Notes: generated by a model not told the origin, from the sequence alone. Shown: positions 17,421 to 25,666, counted from the first letter of the stretch. The stretch is DNA of 34,385 bases from Chloroflexota bacterium (GCA_015661135.1 JACVXW010000007.1:3062-37446), one strand, 5' to 3'. Numbers and translations are program-made.

Positions 17421-19472
17421 ATGAACGCGCGTACCGACGAGTCCGAGACGACGCCCGGTACGGAGCCGCCCGTAGAGGCTGCCCTGGACGCAGAGGCTGC
17501 CCTGGAAGCAGAGGCCGCCCTGGAAGCAGAGGCTGCCCTGGAAGCAGAGAGTGCCGCCCTGCAGGCGCCGGCCGATCTCGCGGTGCCGGGCCTCGAACCC
17601 GGACCCGTGGTCGAGCCTGGACCGGGTCGTGCCCGGACGGCCCGCCGCTTCGTCGTGGCGTTCACGTTCGGACTCCTGGCCGTGCTCGCGGTCGCTGCCG
17701 GCGCCCTGGCGGCCTTTGATTCATCCAATGCCGGACGCATCCTGCCCAGCGTCCACGTCGGCAGCGTGGACGTCTCGGGCCTGACCCCGTCCGAGGCGCG
17801 GGCAAGGCTGTCCACGGCGTTCCCGGACCTCGCCGTCGGTGAGCTCGTCCTCACCGCGGCGGAGGAAACGCGGACCGTGTCGTATGCGACGCTTGGTCGC
17901 CGGCTGGACGTCGATGCGCTGGTGGAGCGGGCGATGGCGGTCGGTCGCGGCGGCGCAACGCTCGAACGCATCGCGTCGAATGTCCGGACGATGGTGCGCG
18001 GCGTCGAGATCGACCTCCAGGTACGTTTTGATCCGATCGCGCTGGCCGAGGCGGTCCGGGCACTCGCCCGCGCTACGGATCTCCCGCCTGTCGACGCGAC
18101 GGTCGCCGTGTCGGGGAGCGGCTTCGCGTTGACCTCCGGCCACGATGGACGGACCGCGGACGTTGACGCGGCGACGCGGGCCGCCGCCGCGCTTCTCGCC
18201 GATCCAGCCGCCCCGCCGACGGTCCAGGTCAACGTCCCGATCCAGGACGTCGAACCGGACGTGACCAGCCAGGAGGCCCGGGCGGCCCGAGCCGCCGCCG
18301 CCGGGATCGCGGTTGATCTCGAGCTCGTGGACGGGTCGGAGACCTGGACGATCGCGGGTGACTCCTTCCGCGGCTGGATCACCTTCGCCGCCCAGGACGA
18401 CGGCAGCTATGGACCGGTCGTGGCCCAGGCCGGGCTCGAAGGCGGGCTCACCGAGATTGCCGCCGAGGTCGCTCGCGAGCCGGTGGACGCTTCGTTCCTG
18501 CTCGGCGATGGCAAGACGGTCGTCGGCGTGACCGCTGCCAGGAACGGCCGGGCCCTGGACGTGCCAGCAACCGTGGCTACCCTGATCGCGGTCATCGAGC
18601 AGCTCGCGGCCGGGCTCACGGTGTCACGCATCCCGATCACGACCGAGGTCGTCGAGCCGGGTCTGACCACCGCCGAGGCGGCGCAGACCGCGCCGCTCAT
18701 GGAGCCGATCTCCGAGTGGACCACCTACTTCCCCATCGGCATCAAGAACGGTCAGGGCGCGAACATCTGGATCCCGGCCGGGGACGTCGACGGGACGGTC
18801 GTGCTGCCGGGTGCGTGGTTCGACTTCTGGGACGCGCTCGGCCCCGTGACCCGCGAGCGCGGCTACAAGGACGGCGGCGCGATCATCAACGGCAAGACAG
18901 AACCCCAGGGCGCGCTCGCCGGCGGCATCTGCTCCACCTCCACCACCCTCTTCAACGCCGCGCTTCGGGCAGGCCTCGAGATGGGCGCCCGACGGAACCA
19001 CTACTACTACATCGACCGGTACCCGCTCGGGCTGGACGCGACCGTCTTCCAGAGCAGTTCCGGCTCGATCCAGACGATGTCCTTCCGGAACGACACGGCC
19101 TCGCCGATCCTCATTCGCGGCTCTGGCTGGTCCGTCGGCCGCAAGGGCTACGTCAAGTTCCAGCTGTGGTCCGTGCCCACGGGCAGGGACGTCGACTTCA
19201 CGACACCGATCGTGGAGAACGTCAGGCCGGCCACCGACAGCACCGTCTACACGACCGAACTGGCGCCGGGCGTCAAGGAGCGGATCGAGTTCCCGGTGGA
19301 CGGCAAGGAGGTCTGGGTGACCCGTACGGTCACGGACTCCGCCGGGGCCGTCCTGCACCAGGAGACGTACTACTCGCGCTACGCACGGATCACCGGGATC
19401 CTGCGAATCGGCATCGCGCCCGACCCCGACCAGACCCCCCCGCCGGATCCCGCGCCCAGCCCGAGTCCCTAG
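17421..19472 (+). CDS. VanW-family protein with N-terminal TM anchor and putative peptidoglycan-binding repeats
   Basis: GTVVLPGAWFDF, GGICSTSTTLFNAAL, RRNH, GLDATV and FRNDT motifs; TM helix near the N-terminus. Confidence 0.88.
   Translation: MNARTDESETTPGTEPPVEAALDAEAALEAEAALEAEAALEAESAALQAPADLAVPGLEPGPVVEPGPGRARTARRFVVAFTFGLLAVLAVAAGALAAFDSSNAGRILPSVHVGSVDVSGLTPSEARARLSTAFPDLAVGELVLTAAEETRTVSYATLGRRLDVDALVERAMAVGRGGATLERIASNVRTMVRGVEIDLQVRFDPIALAEAVRALARATDLPPVDATVAVSGSGFALTSGHDGRTADVDAATRAAAALLADPAAPPTVQVNVPIQDVEPDVTSQEARAARAAAAGIAVDLELVDGSETWTIAGDSFRGWITFAAQDDGSYGPVVAQAGLEGGLTEIAAEVAREPVDASFLLGDGKTVVGVTAARNGRALDVPATVATLIAVIEQLAAGLTVSRIPITTEVVEPGLTTAEAAQTAPLMEPISEWTTYFPIGIKNGQGANIWIPAGDVDGTVVLPGAWFDFWDALGPVTRERGYKDGGAIINGKTEPQGALAGGICSTSTTLFNAALRAGLEMGARRNHYYYIDRYPLGLDATVFQSSSGSIQTMSFRNDTASPILIRGSGWSVGRKGYVKFQLWSVPTGRDVDFTTPIVENVRPATDSTVYTTELAPGVKERIEFPVDGKEVWVTRTVTDSAGAVLHQETYYSRYARITGILRIGIAPDPDQTPPPDPAPSPSP
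17474..17545 (+). repeat. 18-bp tandem repeat x4 (AGAGGCTGCCCTGGAAGC) encoding EAALEA
   Basis: Four near-identical units, read directly. Confidence 0.93.
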
Positions 19473-19487
19473 ACGGGCGACCGGCGG

Positions 19488-19940
19488 TCAGGAGCTCGAG
19501 GCGGTCGCGCCGTCCGCCTGGCAGGTCGGGCACAGCCCGAAGAGCTCCAGGCGATGCGCGTCGATCTGGTAGCCGGTCTCGGTCGCGATTCGGCCGACGA
19601 CCCCGGCCAGCCCGGCGTCGTCCACATCGGTCGCCCGCCCACACCTCGCGCAGACGACGTGGTGGTGGTGGGCAGCCGGCTCGCACGCGATATACGCATG
19701 GTCGCCTGACGGGAGGTCGATCCGCTCGATCGCACCGACGCCTTCGAATACCTCGATCGTCCGGAAGATCGTGGCGCGGGCGATGCCCAGCCGCCGCATC
19801 GCCGCATCGCCGACGAGCTCGGCGGCCGTGAAGTGGCCCTGCCGCGACGCGATCAGGTCGGCCACCGCCCGGCGCGGACCCGTGAGCCGGTATCCGGCCC
19901 GGTCCAGCATGACGAGCGGCGATTCGACCACGGCATCCAT
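19488..19940 (-). CDS. Fur-family metalloregulator
   Basis: GYRLTGPRR, RATIFRT, HHHHVVCARCG and GLCPTC motifs. Likely start ATG 19940, 6 nt after a TATCCT -10 element. Confidence 0.9.
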   Translation of the reverse strand: MDAVVESPLVMLDRAGYRLTGPRRAVADLIASRQGHFTAAELVGDAAMRRLGIARATIFRTIEVFEGVGAIERIDLPSGDHAYIACEPAAHHHHVVCARCGRATDVDDAGLAGVVGRIATETGYQIDAHRLELFGLCPTCQADGATASSS

Positions 19941-19970
19941 CGCGACAGGATACGCGGCGCATACTTCGAC

Positions 19971-19990
19971 CTGATGAGCCAAGAGATCAG
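19971..19990. promoter_or_regulatory. Candidate operator in the fur/DMT divergent intergenic region
   Basis: CTGAT-N10-ATCAG inverted repeat overlapping the expected -35 of fur. Confidence 0.3.
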
Positions 19991-20130
19991 CCAGAAACAC
20001 CCTGCGAGGCTGGGCGACCGGCGCCGGCGTGTGCCGGGGTTCGCCCGCTGCGACGCGGACGGAGCGGAGGCTCGCAACCGGCGCTCCTGACCGGACGCCG
20101 ACCGAAGCCCGCTCTACCGGAGATCGTCTC

Positions 20131-21141
20131 GTGTTTTCCACCCCGTCCAGCCCGTCCATCAAGCCCCGTCGCGCCGCCGTCTGGCTCGTGCTGGCCGCCG
20201 CCGCTTGGGGCCTCGGGACGGTCATCAGCAAGCGCGCCGTCGAGGAGATCCCGCCACTCAGCCTGCTCGTCATCCAGCTCACGATCAGCGTGGTGGCGCT
20301 CTGGATCGGGCGGGGCCTCGTCGGGCGGGGCCTATTCGGGCGGGGCCTATTCGGGCGGGCCAGCGATCCGGCGGACCGTCCGGCGGATTCCGCCGCGCTC
20401 GATCGCCTGGGCCTGCTTAATCCCGGGGCCTCCTACGCCCTCAGCCTCGTGGGGCTGACGGGGATCACGGCCAGCCTGTCCGTGCTCCTTTGGGCCATCG
20501 AGCCGGTCCTGATCCTTGCCATCGCCTGGTGGTGGCTCCGCGAGCCCGTCACGCCGCGACTCGTGGTCCTCTCGGCGACCGCGGTTGCCGGGATGGCGCT
20601 CGTGGTCTGGTCCCCCGGCCTCGGCGGCCAGGTCGTGGCCATCCTCGCGACGGTCGCCGGGATCGCCTGCTGTGCGGTCTATACCGTGCTGGCCCGCCGA
20701 CGCATCGGTGACGTTCCGTCCACGCTCCGCATCGTCCTCGGGCAGCAGGCCTGGGCCCTCGGGTTCGCGGCCCTGCTCCTGGGCGCGTCGGTCCTGGTTG
20801 ACGGCGTCCTCGGCGGAACCGACGCCGCCGGCATCGGTTACAGCGCAATGTTCACGGTGACGGCGCCGATCTCCGTCGAGGCCTGGGCGAGCGCCGTCGT
20901 TTCCGGTGTCGTGTACTACGCCCTCGCCTATGTGTTCTACCTCAGCGGCCTTCGGCACGTTCCCGCGTCACGCGCAGCCGCCGCGTTCTACCTCATTCCG
21001 CTGTTCGGCGTGGCCGGCGGCGTGGCGCTGCTCGGGGACCGTCTGGACCCGGGGCAGTGGCTGGGCGCGGTGGTCATCGTCGCGAGCGTCGTCGCGATCG
21101 CCCGGTCGGGCTCGACGCCAAAGGCCGCACCCGCACGCTGA
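20131..21141 (+). CDS. DMT/EamA-family transporter
   Basis: AAAAWGLGTVISK, WAIEPVL, LREP, VPASRAAAAFYLIPLFGV and LLGDRL motifs; about 10 TM segments. Start uncertain. Confidence 0.88.
   Translation: MFSTPSSPSIKPRRAAVWLVLAAAAWGLGTVISKRAVEEIPPLSLLVIQLTISVVALWIGRGLVGRGLFGRGLFGRASDPADRPADSAALDRLGLLNPGASYALSLVGLTGITASLSVLLWAIEPVLILAIAWWWLREPVTPRLVVLSATAVAGMALVVWSPGLGGQVVAILATVAGIACCAVYTVLARRRIGDVPSTLRIVLGQQAWALGFAALLLGASVLVDGVLGGTDAAGIGYSAMFTVTAPISVEAWASAVVSGVVYYALAYVFYLSGLRHVPASRAAAAFYLIPLFGVAGGVALLGDRLDPGQWLGAVVIVASVVAIARSGSTPKAAPAR
20308..20359 (+). repeat. 15-bp tandem repeat (GGGCGGGGCCTATTC-type x3 plus partial) encoding GRGL(V/F)
   Basis: Read directly; lies in a loop of the DMT protein. 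Confidence 0.85.
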
Positions 21142-21233
21142 AGGTTGGCGTGGTCGCGGTCGCCCCGTTGACGCCACTCGGATACTGGGAACACCGCTCG
21201 GCTCTGCCCGAGCCCGCGCATCGGGGGGCGCCC

Positions 21234-22052
21234 GTGGCCGTCGAAGAAGTTCCGGATCTCGCCGCGATCAAGCGGCGCCAGCAGGCGACCTGGTCGGCCG
21301 GCGACTACCACAAGATCGGGACGCAGATCCTCATCGTGTCGGAGCTGCTGATCGAGGCGCTCGACGTGCGCTCGCCGGAGCGCCTCCTCGATGTCGCCAC
21401 CGGCAGTGGCAACGCCGCCCTGGCCGCCGCCCGGCGCGGGTGCACGGTCGTGGGGCTCGACTACGTTCCGGCCCTCCTGGGCCGCGCACGCCGACGCGCC
21501 GACGCGGAGGGTCTCGAGGTCGAGTTCATCGAGGGCGATGCCGAGGGACTGCCTTTCCCCGACGCGAGCTTCGACGTCGTGAGCTCCGTCTTCGGGGCCA
21601 TGTTCGCGCCGGACCAGGGGCAGACGGCCCGGGAGCTCGCCCGGGTCTGCCGACCGGGCGGTCGCATCGGCCTCGTCGCGCACACGCCCGAGGGCTTCAT
21701 CGGCCAGCTCTTCAAGACCAACGCGAAGCACGTGCCGCCGCCTGCCGGCCTGCGCTCCCCGGTCCTCTGGGGCACGGAAGATCGACTTCGGGAACTGTTC
21801 GGAGACACGCTGGCGGGCGCCACCTTCGAGCGGCGCTTCTACACGTTCCGCTACCGGTCGCCCGCCGCCTACCTGGACTACTGGCGCCGCTGGTACGGGC
21901 CCACGATTAAGGCGTTCGAGGCCGTCGGCGATGCCGGACGCGCGGCGCTCGAGGCGGACCTGCTGGATCTCATCGCCAGGTTCAACCGGGCCGACGACGG
22001 CACGATGGTCGTGCCGAGCGAGTACCTGGAGGCCGTCCTCATTCGCCGGTAA
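21234..22052 (+). CDS. Class I SAM-dependent methyltransferase
   Basis: LLDVATGSGNAAL, GDAEGLPFPDASFDVV and RVCRPGGRI motifs. Confidence 0.92.
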   Translation: MAVEEVPDLAAIKRRQQATWSAGDYHKIGTQILIVSELLIEALDVRSPERLLDVATGSGNAALAAARRGCTVVGLDYVPALLGRARRRADAEGLEVEFIEGDAEGLPFPDASFDVVSSVFGAMFAPDQGQTARELARVCRPGGRIGLVAHTPEGFIGQLFKTNAKHVPPPAGLRSPVLWGTEDRLRELFGDTLAGATFERRFYTFRYRSPAAYLDYWRRWYGPTIKAFEAVGDAGRAALEADLLDLIARFNRADDGTMVVPSEYLEAVLIRR

Positions 22053-22070
22053 GGCGCGGCGCGGGTGAGT

Positions 22071-22443
22071 TGGTGGAGATGGGGGAGAGTCGAACTCCCC
22101 GTCCAGAGCCCTTCGGCAGGAACCACTACGAGCGTGTCCGATCGTTTTCGTCGACCGTCCGGGCGGGGATCGGCACTCTCCCGGGTGGTCCAGTCACGTG
22201 TCTCTAGATCGAGCTTGCTCCCGGACTACGCGACGCTCGTCCGGGCTGCAGCCCCGCTGAATGACGCTTCCACGGCCCACGGGACGGAGGCCGCTTCCAC
22301 GCTCACCTTACCGCCTAAGCGGCGAGGGCGAGAGTCGACTGCTTGTTGGCAGTTGCTTCGATTTGCCGCCTGTTTAACGAGGCCTGACGGCACCTCGGCT
22401 CGCATTTCCTGTCTTCCGGACCCTGTCGAAACCACGCATCCCC
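22071..22443 (-). ncRNA. ssrA: tmRNA; tag peptide (A)ANKQSTLALAA at 22350-22315
   Basis: 5' GGGGATG pairs with 3' CATCTCC-ACCA including G3-U; TTCGAC near the 5' end; TTCGACT T-loop; tag ORF ending LALAA-TAG; smpB nearby. Confidence 0.97.
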
Positions 22444-22477
22444 ACAGGACCAAGACGCGCTCGGGCGTCTCTCCCAG

Positions 22478-22506
22478 AGTCTAGCCCAGGTTGCGCGATC
22501 GGCCAA
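22478..22506 (-). promoter_or_regulatory. Promoter for ssrA
   Basis: TTGGCC-17 nt-TAGACT on the minus strand, back to back with the -10 (TAGGAT, 22519-22524) of the urease-like genes. Confidence 0.6.
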
Positions 22507-22530
22507 TCTTGGGGCGAGTAGGATTCCCCG

Positions 22531-23196
22531 ATGCGACTGACGGCCTGGGAGGAGGAGCGCATGCTCGTCTTCAGCGCGGCCGAGCTGGCACGCCGCCACC
22601 GCGACGCCGGGCTGCTCCTCAACGCGCCTGAGGCTGTCGCGCTCATCTGCGACGCCATGTTCGAGGCGGCACGGGCCGGGGCCACCTTCGCCGACGTCGA
22701 GGCCGCCGGGCGGGCCGCCGTCCAGCCGGGCGAGGCCATGCCAGGCGTCCCATCCCTGGTCGACGAGGTCCGCCTGGAGGTGCTCATCGGCGACGGGACG
22801 CGGCTCATCGTCCTGCTGGATCCACTGGGCGCGGCCGCAACCGAGCCGAACGGCCCGGGCTCGGTCACGCTGGCCACGGCCGATCTTGACGATCCGGCTG
22901 CGCACCTGGAGCGACGGCAGGTCGTGGTTCGGAGCGCATCGCGGCGCGTCATCCATGTCTCGTCGCACTTCCCGTTCCATCGGGTCAACCGGCGGCTCGA
23001 ATTCGACCGGGGGGCCGCGACGGGCTTCCGCCTGGACATTCCCGCCGGAAGCTCGGAGCGCTGGGCGCCGGGCGAAACGAGGACGGTTTCGCTCGTTCGG
23101 TATGCCGCCGAGATGCATACCGGACCGGAGATCGACCCCGAAGGCGCGCCTTCGGACCCGCCGACCGACGCCTCGACCCAAAGCGGCCCTCGATGA
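22531..23196 (+). CDS. ureAB: Fused urease gamma/beta subunit (divergent)
   Basis: Gamma part MRLTAWEEER..LNAPEAVALI..DGTRLI; beta part SSHFPFHRVN..FDR..GFRLDIPAGSSERWAPGETRTVSLV. Confidence 0.88.
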   Translation: MRLTAWEEERMLVFSAAELARRHRDAGLLLNAPEAVALICDAMFEAARAGATFADVEAAGRAAVQPGEAMPGVPSLVDEVRLEVLIGDGTRLIVLLDPLGAAATEPNGPGSVTLATADLDDPAAHLERRQVVVRSASRRVIHVSSHFPFHRVNRRLEFDRGAATGFRLDIPAGSSERWAPGETRTVSLVRYAAEMHTGPEIDPEGAPSDPPTDASTQSGPR

Positions 23197-24917
23197 CCCG
23201 CCTCTCGCGAGTCGAGCGGCTGGCTCGCTACGGACCGACGACCGGCGACCTCGTCCGGCTCGCCGACACCTCGCTCCGGATCCGGGTCCGGGAGGACCGC
23301 CAGGCGCCCGGCGACGAGCCGGTCTGGGGATACGCCAAGGACCTCCGCCTGGACATGGCCCAATCCTCGAAGGCCGGGCCGTCCCAACTCGACGCGGTGA
23401 TCGTCGGCGCGCTCGTGGTCGATCCGGTCATCGGCATCGTCAAGGCGGACATAGGGATCAAGGACGGCCGGATCGTGGGCGTGGGACGCGCCGGCAACCC
23501 GGGCATTTCCGAGGGCATCGACCTGCCGATCGGGCCGCACACGTCTCCGATCTCGGCCTACGGGCTCATCGCGACACCGGGCGCCGTGGACTCGCACGTT
23601 CACACGATCAGCCCGAACCTGATCCCGGCGGCGCTGTCCGCCGGCGTCACGACCCTGATCACGGCGGGCTTTGAGGAGCCACCGGCCGCCATGGAGCGGA
23701 CGCTGCGCGGCCTGGAGGACTGGCCGATCAACGTGGGACTCCAGGCCAGCGCCCGGGCCGCGTCTGATGCCGCCCTCGAGCCGCTCCTGGACGCGGGGGC
23801 CGTCGGCTTCAAGATTCACGAGGATTACGGGGCTTCACCGGAGCTCATCGATCACGTCCTGCGCTTCGCCGACAGGCACGACATCTCGGTCAGCCTCCAC
23901 ACGGACGGCCTGCACGAGACCGCCGAGCTGGAGGACACGGTGGCCGCGATCGCCGGGCGTACCGTCCACGCCTACCACGTGGAAGGCTCTGGCGGCGGGC
24001 ACGTGCCCGACGTCATCGCCCTCGTCCGGGAAGCAAACGTCATCTGCTCGTCCACCACGCCGACGATCCCGTGGGGCGTGAGCGCGGCGAGCGAGACGCT
24101 GGCCATGACGATGCTCAATCACGGCACGAGCTGGGCGTTGCCGGAGGACGTTGCGCTGGTCCTGGAGCGCCTCCACCCGGCGACCATGGCTGCGGAGGGT
24201 CCGCTCCACGAGCTGGGCGCAATCAGCATCGTGAACTCGGATTCGCAGGGCATGGGCCGGATCATGGAGACGGTCCGGCGGACCTTCCAGCTGGCCGACG
24301 TCATGAAGGCCTGGCGGGCGTCGGAGGCCGGGCGGACCGTCGCGGCGCTGGCCGGCCTGCCCGACGAAGGCGAAGGCGCCGTGGGCGACGACGGGGACGA
24401 CGGTGATCGAGTCCTGCGCTACCTCGCCAAGGTGACCCTGGAGCCGGCGATCACGCACGGAATCGCGGAGCACGTCGGCTCACTCGCCCCCGGCCGGATC
24501 GCCGACATCGTCCTCTGGAAGCCCGGCTGGTTCGGGGTCAAGCCGGAGCTCGTCGTGAAGGGCGGCCACCCGGCCTGGTCCCCGCTGGGTGACGGCAACG
24601 CGTCCGTGGAGCGGTCCGAGCCGACGCGCTACGCGCGCGAGTTCGCCGGCCTGCCGCACGCTGCGCCCGGGGTGTCGGTGACCTTCGTCTCCGGGGCCGC
24701 CAACCAGGAGGTGCTGCGCCGCCGCCTCGCGAGCCGACGGACATTCCTCCCGGTTGCCGGCTGCCGGGGTTTGACGCGGGCATCCCTCGCCTGGAACCGG
24801 GCGACGGCCGCGATCGAGGTGGACCCGGCCACCGGACGCGTCACGCTCGGGGGGGTGCCCGTGGAGGCGCCGCCGGCGACCGAGCTCCCGTTGAACCGGC
24901 GATACTTCCTGCGCTGA
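23193..24917 (+). CDS. ureC: Urease alpha subunit-like amidohydrolase (divergent active-site surroundings)
   Basis: YGPTTGD, KADIGIKDGRI, GRAGNP, DSHVH, GFKIHEDYG, LHTD, YHVEGSGGGH, SDSQGMGR, FGVKP and LPLNRRYF motifs; ATGA overlap. Confidence 0.88.
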   Translation: MTRLSRVERLARYGPTTGDLVRLADTSLRIRVREDRQAPGDEPVWGYAKDLRLDMAQSSKAGPSQLDAVIVGALVVDPVIGIVKADIGIKDGRIVGVGRAGNPGISEGIDLPIGPHTSPISAYGLIATPGAVDSHVHTISPNLIPAALSAGVTTLITAGFEEPPAAMERTLRGLEDWPINVGLQASARAASDAALEPLLDAGAVGFKIHEDYGASPELIDHVLRFADRHDISVSLHTDGLHETAELEDTVAAIAGRTVHAYHVEGSGGGHVPDVIALVREANVICSSTTPTIPWGVSAASETLAMTMLNHGTSWALPEDVALVLERLHPATMAAEGPLHELGAISIVNSDSQGMGRIMETVRRTFQLADVMKAWRASEAGRTVAALAGLPDEGEGAVGDDGDDGDRVLRYLAKVTLEPAITHGIAEHVGSLAPGRIADIVLWKPGWFGVKPELVVKGGHPAWSPLGDGNASVERSEPTRYAREFAGLPHAAPGVSVTFVSGAANQEVLRRRLASRRTFLPVAGCRGLTRASLAWNRATAAIEVDPATGRVTLGGVPVEAPPATELPLNRRYFLR

Positions 24918-24952
24918 ACCGGCGCGGGGTCCGGCGACGGCCGGCCGCCAGC

Positions 24953-25417
24953 TCAGCCCTTGCGCGCCTCGGCGATGTCGCGGTCCATCTGCCGCCGGGC
25001 GTCCCGCTCGGCGATGTCGCGCCGGCGGTCGTGGAGTTGCTTGCCGCGGGCCAGTCCAATCTCGACCTTGGCCCGTCCGCGCCCGTCGATGTAGACGCGA
25101 AGCGGGATCAGGGTGAGGCCCTTTGCCTTCGTCTTGCCGAGCAGCTGGTCGATCTCCATCCGGTGGAGGAGCAGCTTTCGATCGCGCTTGGCTTCATGGT
25201 TGTAGCGGCTGGCGCCTTCCCACGGGGCAATGTGGGCACCGACGAGCCAGGCCTCGGAGCGCTCGATCCGGGCGAACGAGTCACTGAGGTTGAGCTTGCC
25301 GGCCCGGAGCGACTTGATCTCCGTCCCGGTCAGCACGATCCCGGCCTCGATCGTGTCCTCGATCGAGTATTCGTACCTGGCCCTCCGGTTGAGGGCGATC
25401 GTCTTCTCCTCGCCCAT
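24953..25417 (-). CDS. smpB: SsrA-binding protein SmpB
   Basis: NRRARYEY, EAGIVLTGTEIKSLR, RKLLLH and ARGKQLHDRR motifs. Confidence 0.97.
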   Translation of the reverse strand: MGEEKTIALNRRARYEYSIEDTIEAGIVLTGTEIKSLRAGKLNLSDSFARIERSEAWLVGAHIAPWEGASRYNHEAKRDRKLLLHRMEIDQLLGKTKAKGLTLIPLRVYIDGRGRAKVEIGLARGKQLHDRRRDIAERDARRQMDRDIAEARKG

Positions 25418-25495
25418 GGCTCAGGCTCCAATCGATGGGGCAGGGGGGCCGGTTGCCGGGTCACGCCCGCCAGGTCGGCGAGTCGGTCCCGGATT

Positions 25496-25536
25496 CGCAC
25501 GAACGCCGGCCCTTTCGGACCGGCGTTCGACTTGCG
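25496..25536 (-). terminator. Strong GAAA-tetraloop hairpin without a U-tract, between the small ORF and smpB
   Basis: CGCA-agt-CGAACGCCGGTCC-GAAA-GGGCCGGCGTTCG-TGCG on the minus strand. Confidence 0.5.
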
Positions 25537-25560
25537 GCTGCCACCCGCACGGAAGACCGG

Positions 25561-25608
25561 CTAGACGGTCGACTCCGGCGAGGTGGTGCAATGACTGTGA
25601 CTTGACAT
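25561..25608 (-). CDS. Putative 15-aa small/leader peptide MSSHSHCTTSPESTV
   Basis: AAAGGAGGTGAT Shine-Dalgarno (25625-25614) just upstream of the ATG, with a promoter immediately above it. Confidence 0.45.
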   Translation of the reverse strand: MSSHSHCTTSPESTV

Positions 25609-25637
25609 TGCACATCACCTCCTTTCGTTCGAGCCGA

Positions 25638-25666
25638 ACCCTAGCGGATGCCCGGCTCTCTGGCAA
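25638..25666 (-). promoter_or_regulatory. Sigma70-type promoter for the small ORF/smpB leader
   Basis: TTGCCA-17 nt-TAGGGT. Confidence 0.55.

Noticed and set aside
16451-17545. CRISPR array at the Jag or VanW repeats
   Set aside because: These are in-frame tandem repeats without spacers, and no cas genes are present.
19941-20282. Long N-terminal extension of Fur in the 264-aa ORF
   Set aside because: It overlaps the divergent DMT gene, and a -10 element 6 nt before ATG 19940 supports the shorter 150-aa protein.
19488-22110. Integrative element inserted at the tmRNA 3' end
   Set aside because: No integrase, no duplicated ssrA 3' end noticed, and no obvious compositional shift.
25614-25626. 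ATCACCTCCTTTC as a 16S rRNA 3' fragment
   Set aside because: No 16S helix 44/45 sequence precedes it. It is better explained as a minus-strand SD between a promoter and an ATG.
25602-25632. Plus-strand TTGACA promoter
   Set aside because: No TAnnnT -10 element at 16-18 nt spacing.
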